Assembly (NCBI GenBank): GCA_046754465.1
Contig: JBHHVU010000041.1
Span: 1-28,431 of the forward strand
Length of the DNA: 28,431 nt
Direction of reading: 5' to 3'
Source: Nitrospinaceae bacterium
GTDB lineage: Bacteria > Nitrospinota > Nitrospinia > Nitrospinales > VA-1
A program made the position numbers and the translations under genes. Under the pieces are notes generated by a model that did not search any database, had not been told where the DNA came from, and saw only the letters and a list, made by a program, of their open reading frames with translations. Shown here piece by piece: positions 28,031 through 28,431 of this stretch (position 1 is the first letter of the stretch; each line of letters starts with the position of its first letter).

Positions 28031-28431
28031 AGGGATTTGTTGACAGGATGAACAGGATAAAAAACCGATTTTTCTCTTCCCGTTCCTCGAAGGGGCCACT
28101 AAGCAGGAAGAGAAGAGTGCGCCCTTATATTCCCCCTTTTTAAAGGGGGTGAGGGGGATTTTAAATCTCCATCCATCAACATAAAACATTGCGGTTATGC
28201 CAAGGTCTCCTTTTTATTCCCCCTTTTTAAAGAGACCTTTGCATAAGTACGGTAATTTCAGTTTGGATGGAACCCTCACCTCCGAGCGCATTATCCATAC
28301 TTTTCGGTGTGTCCACTAATTCCGGGGCAAGATCACTCCTTCTCCCATGGGGAGAAGGCTGGGATGAGGGGATTGGTTGACAGGATGAACAGGATAAAAA
28401 TCTGATTTTTAATTCTCCCCCTTCCGTGAAG
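28031..28431. repeat. Cluster of short palindromes, direct repeats and IS-like ends
   Basis: 25-nt direct repeat at 28039-28063 and 28376-28400; palindromes at 28132-28149 and 28338-28358; GAGACCTT(T/G)GCATAA inverted pair at 28195-28209 and 28232-28246. Confidence 0.8.

Noticed and set aside
27420..28050. Integron attC sites or dif sites
   Set aside because: TAAC/GTTA boxes and a XerD-like arm are present, but only one arm; the spacing does not fit and there is no full R''-L''-L'-R' palindrome or 11-6-11 dif layout
27281..28431. CRISPR array
   Set aside because: Repeats are long, degenerate and irregularly spaced, with no unique equal-length spacers and no cas genes

Overview
Bacterial chromosomal window in two parts, joined at a tRNA-Val/tRNA-Asp pair (15327-15604, minus strand). 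The left part (1-15057) is visibly more AT-rich and is the end of a surface-glycan (LPS/EPS/glycosylation) sugar-biosynthesis locus. It encodes three SDR epimerase/dehydratases, a GmhA-like isomerase, a nucleotidyltransferase-PfkB kinase fusion (HldE-like, reversed domain order), an orphan TPP-dependent E1 alpha/beta pair, a B12 radical SAM enzyme, three SAM methyltransferases, a PhyH dioxygenase and a Zn dehydrogenase, with IS1380-like debris between genes. The right part is more GC-rich: PilZ protein, stand-alone mreB, Zn-finger protein, ferredoxins, JAB peptidase, Nfu, TlpA, an FGE-domain/CcdA fusion, a lipoprotein, an MsrP-like molybdoenzyme coupled to an FGE lipoprotein, dapF-dapA-dapB and a cupin. 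The most interesting signals are: (i) five copies of an unannotated ~100-bp structured intergenic repeat with covarying hairpins and a dyad core, two of which bracket the cupin gene; (ii) a putative periplasmic redox module (TlpA + FGE-CcdA fusion + MsrP-like enzyme without MsrQ); (iii) a predicted branched higher-carbon sugar pathway whose E1-alpha has a non-canonical TPP motif. All calls come from motif reading by eye; no database searches were run.
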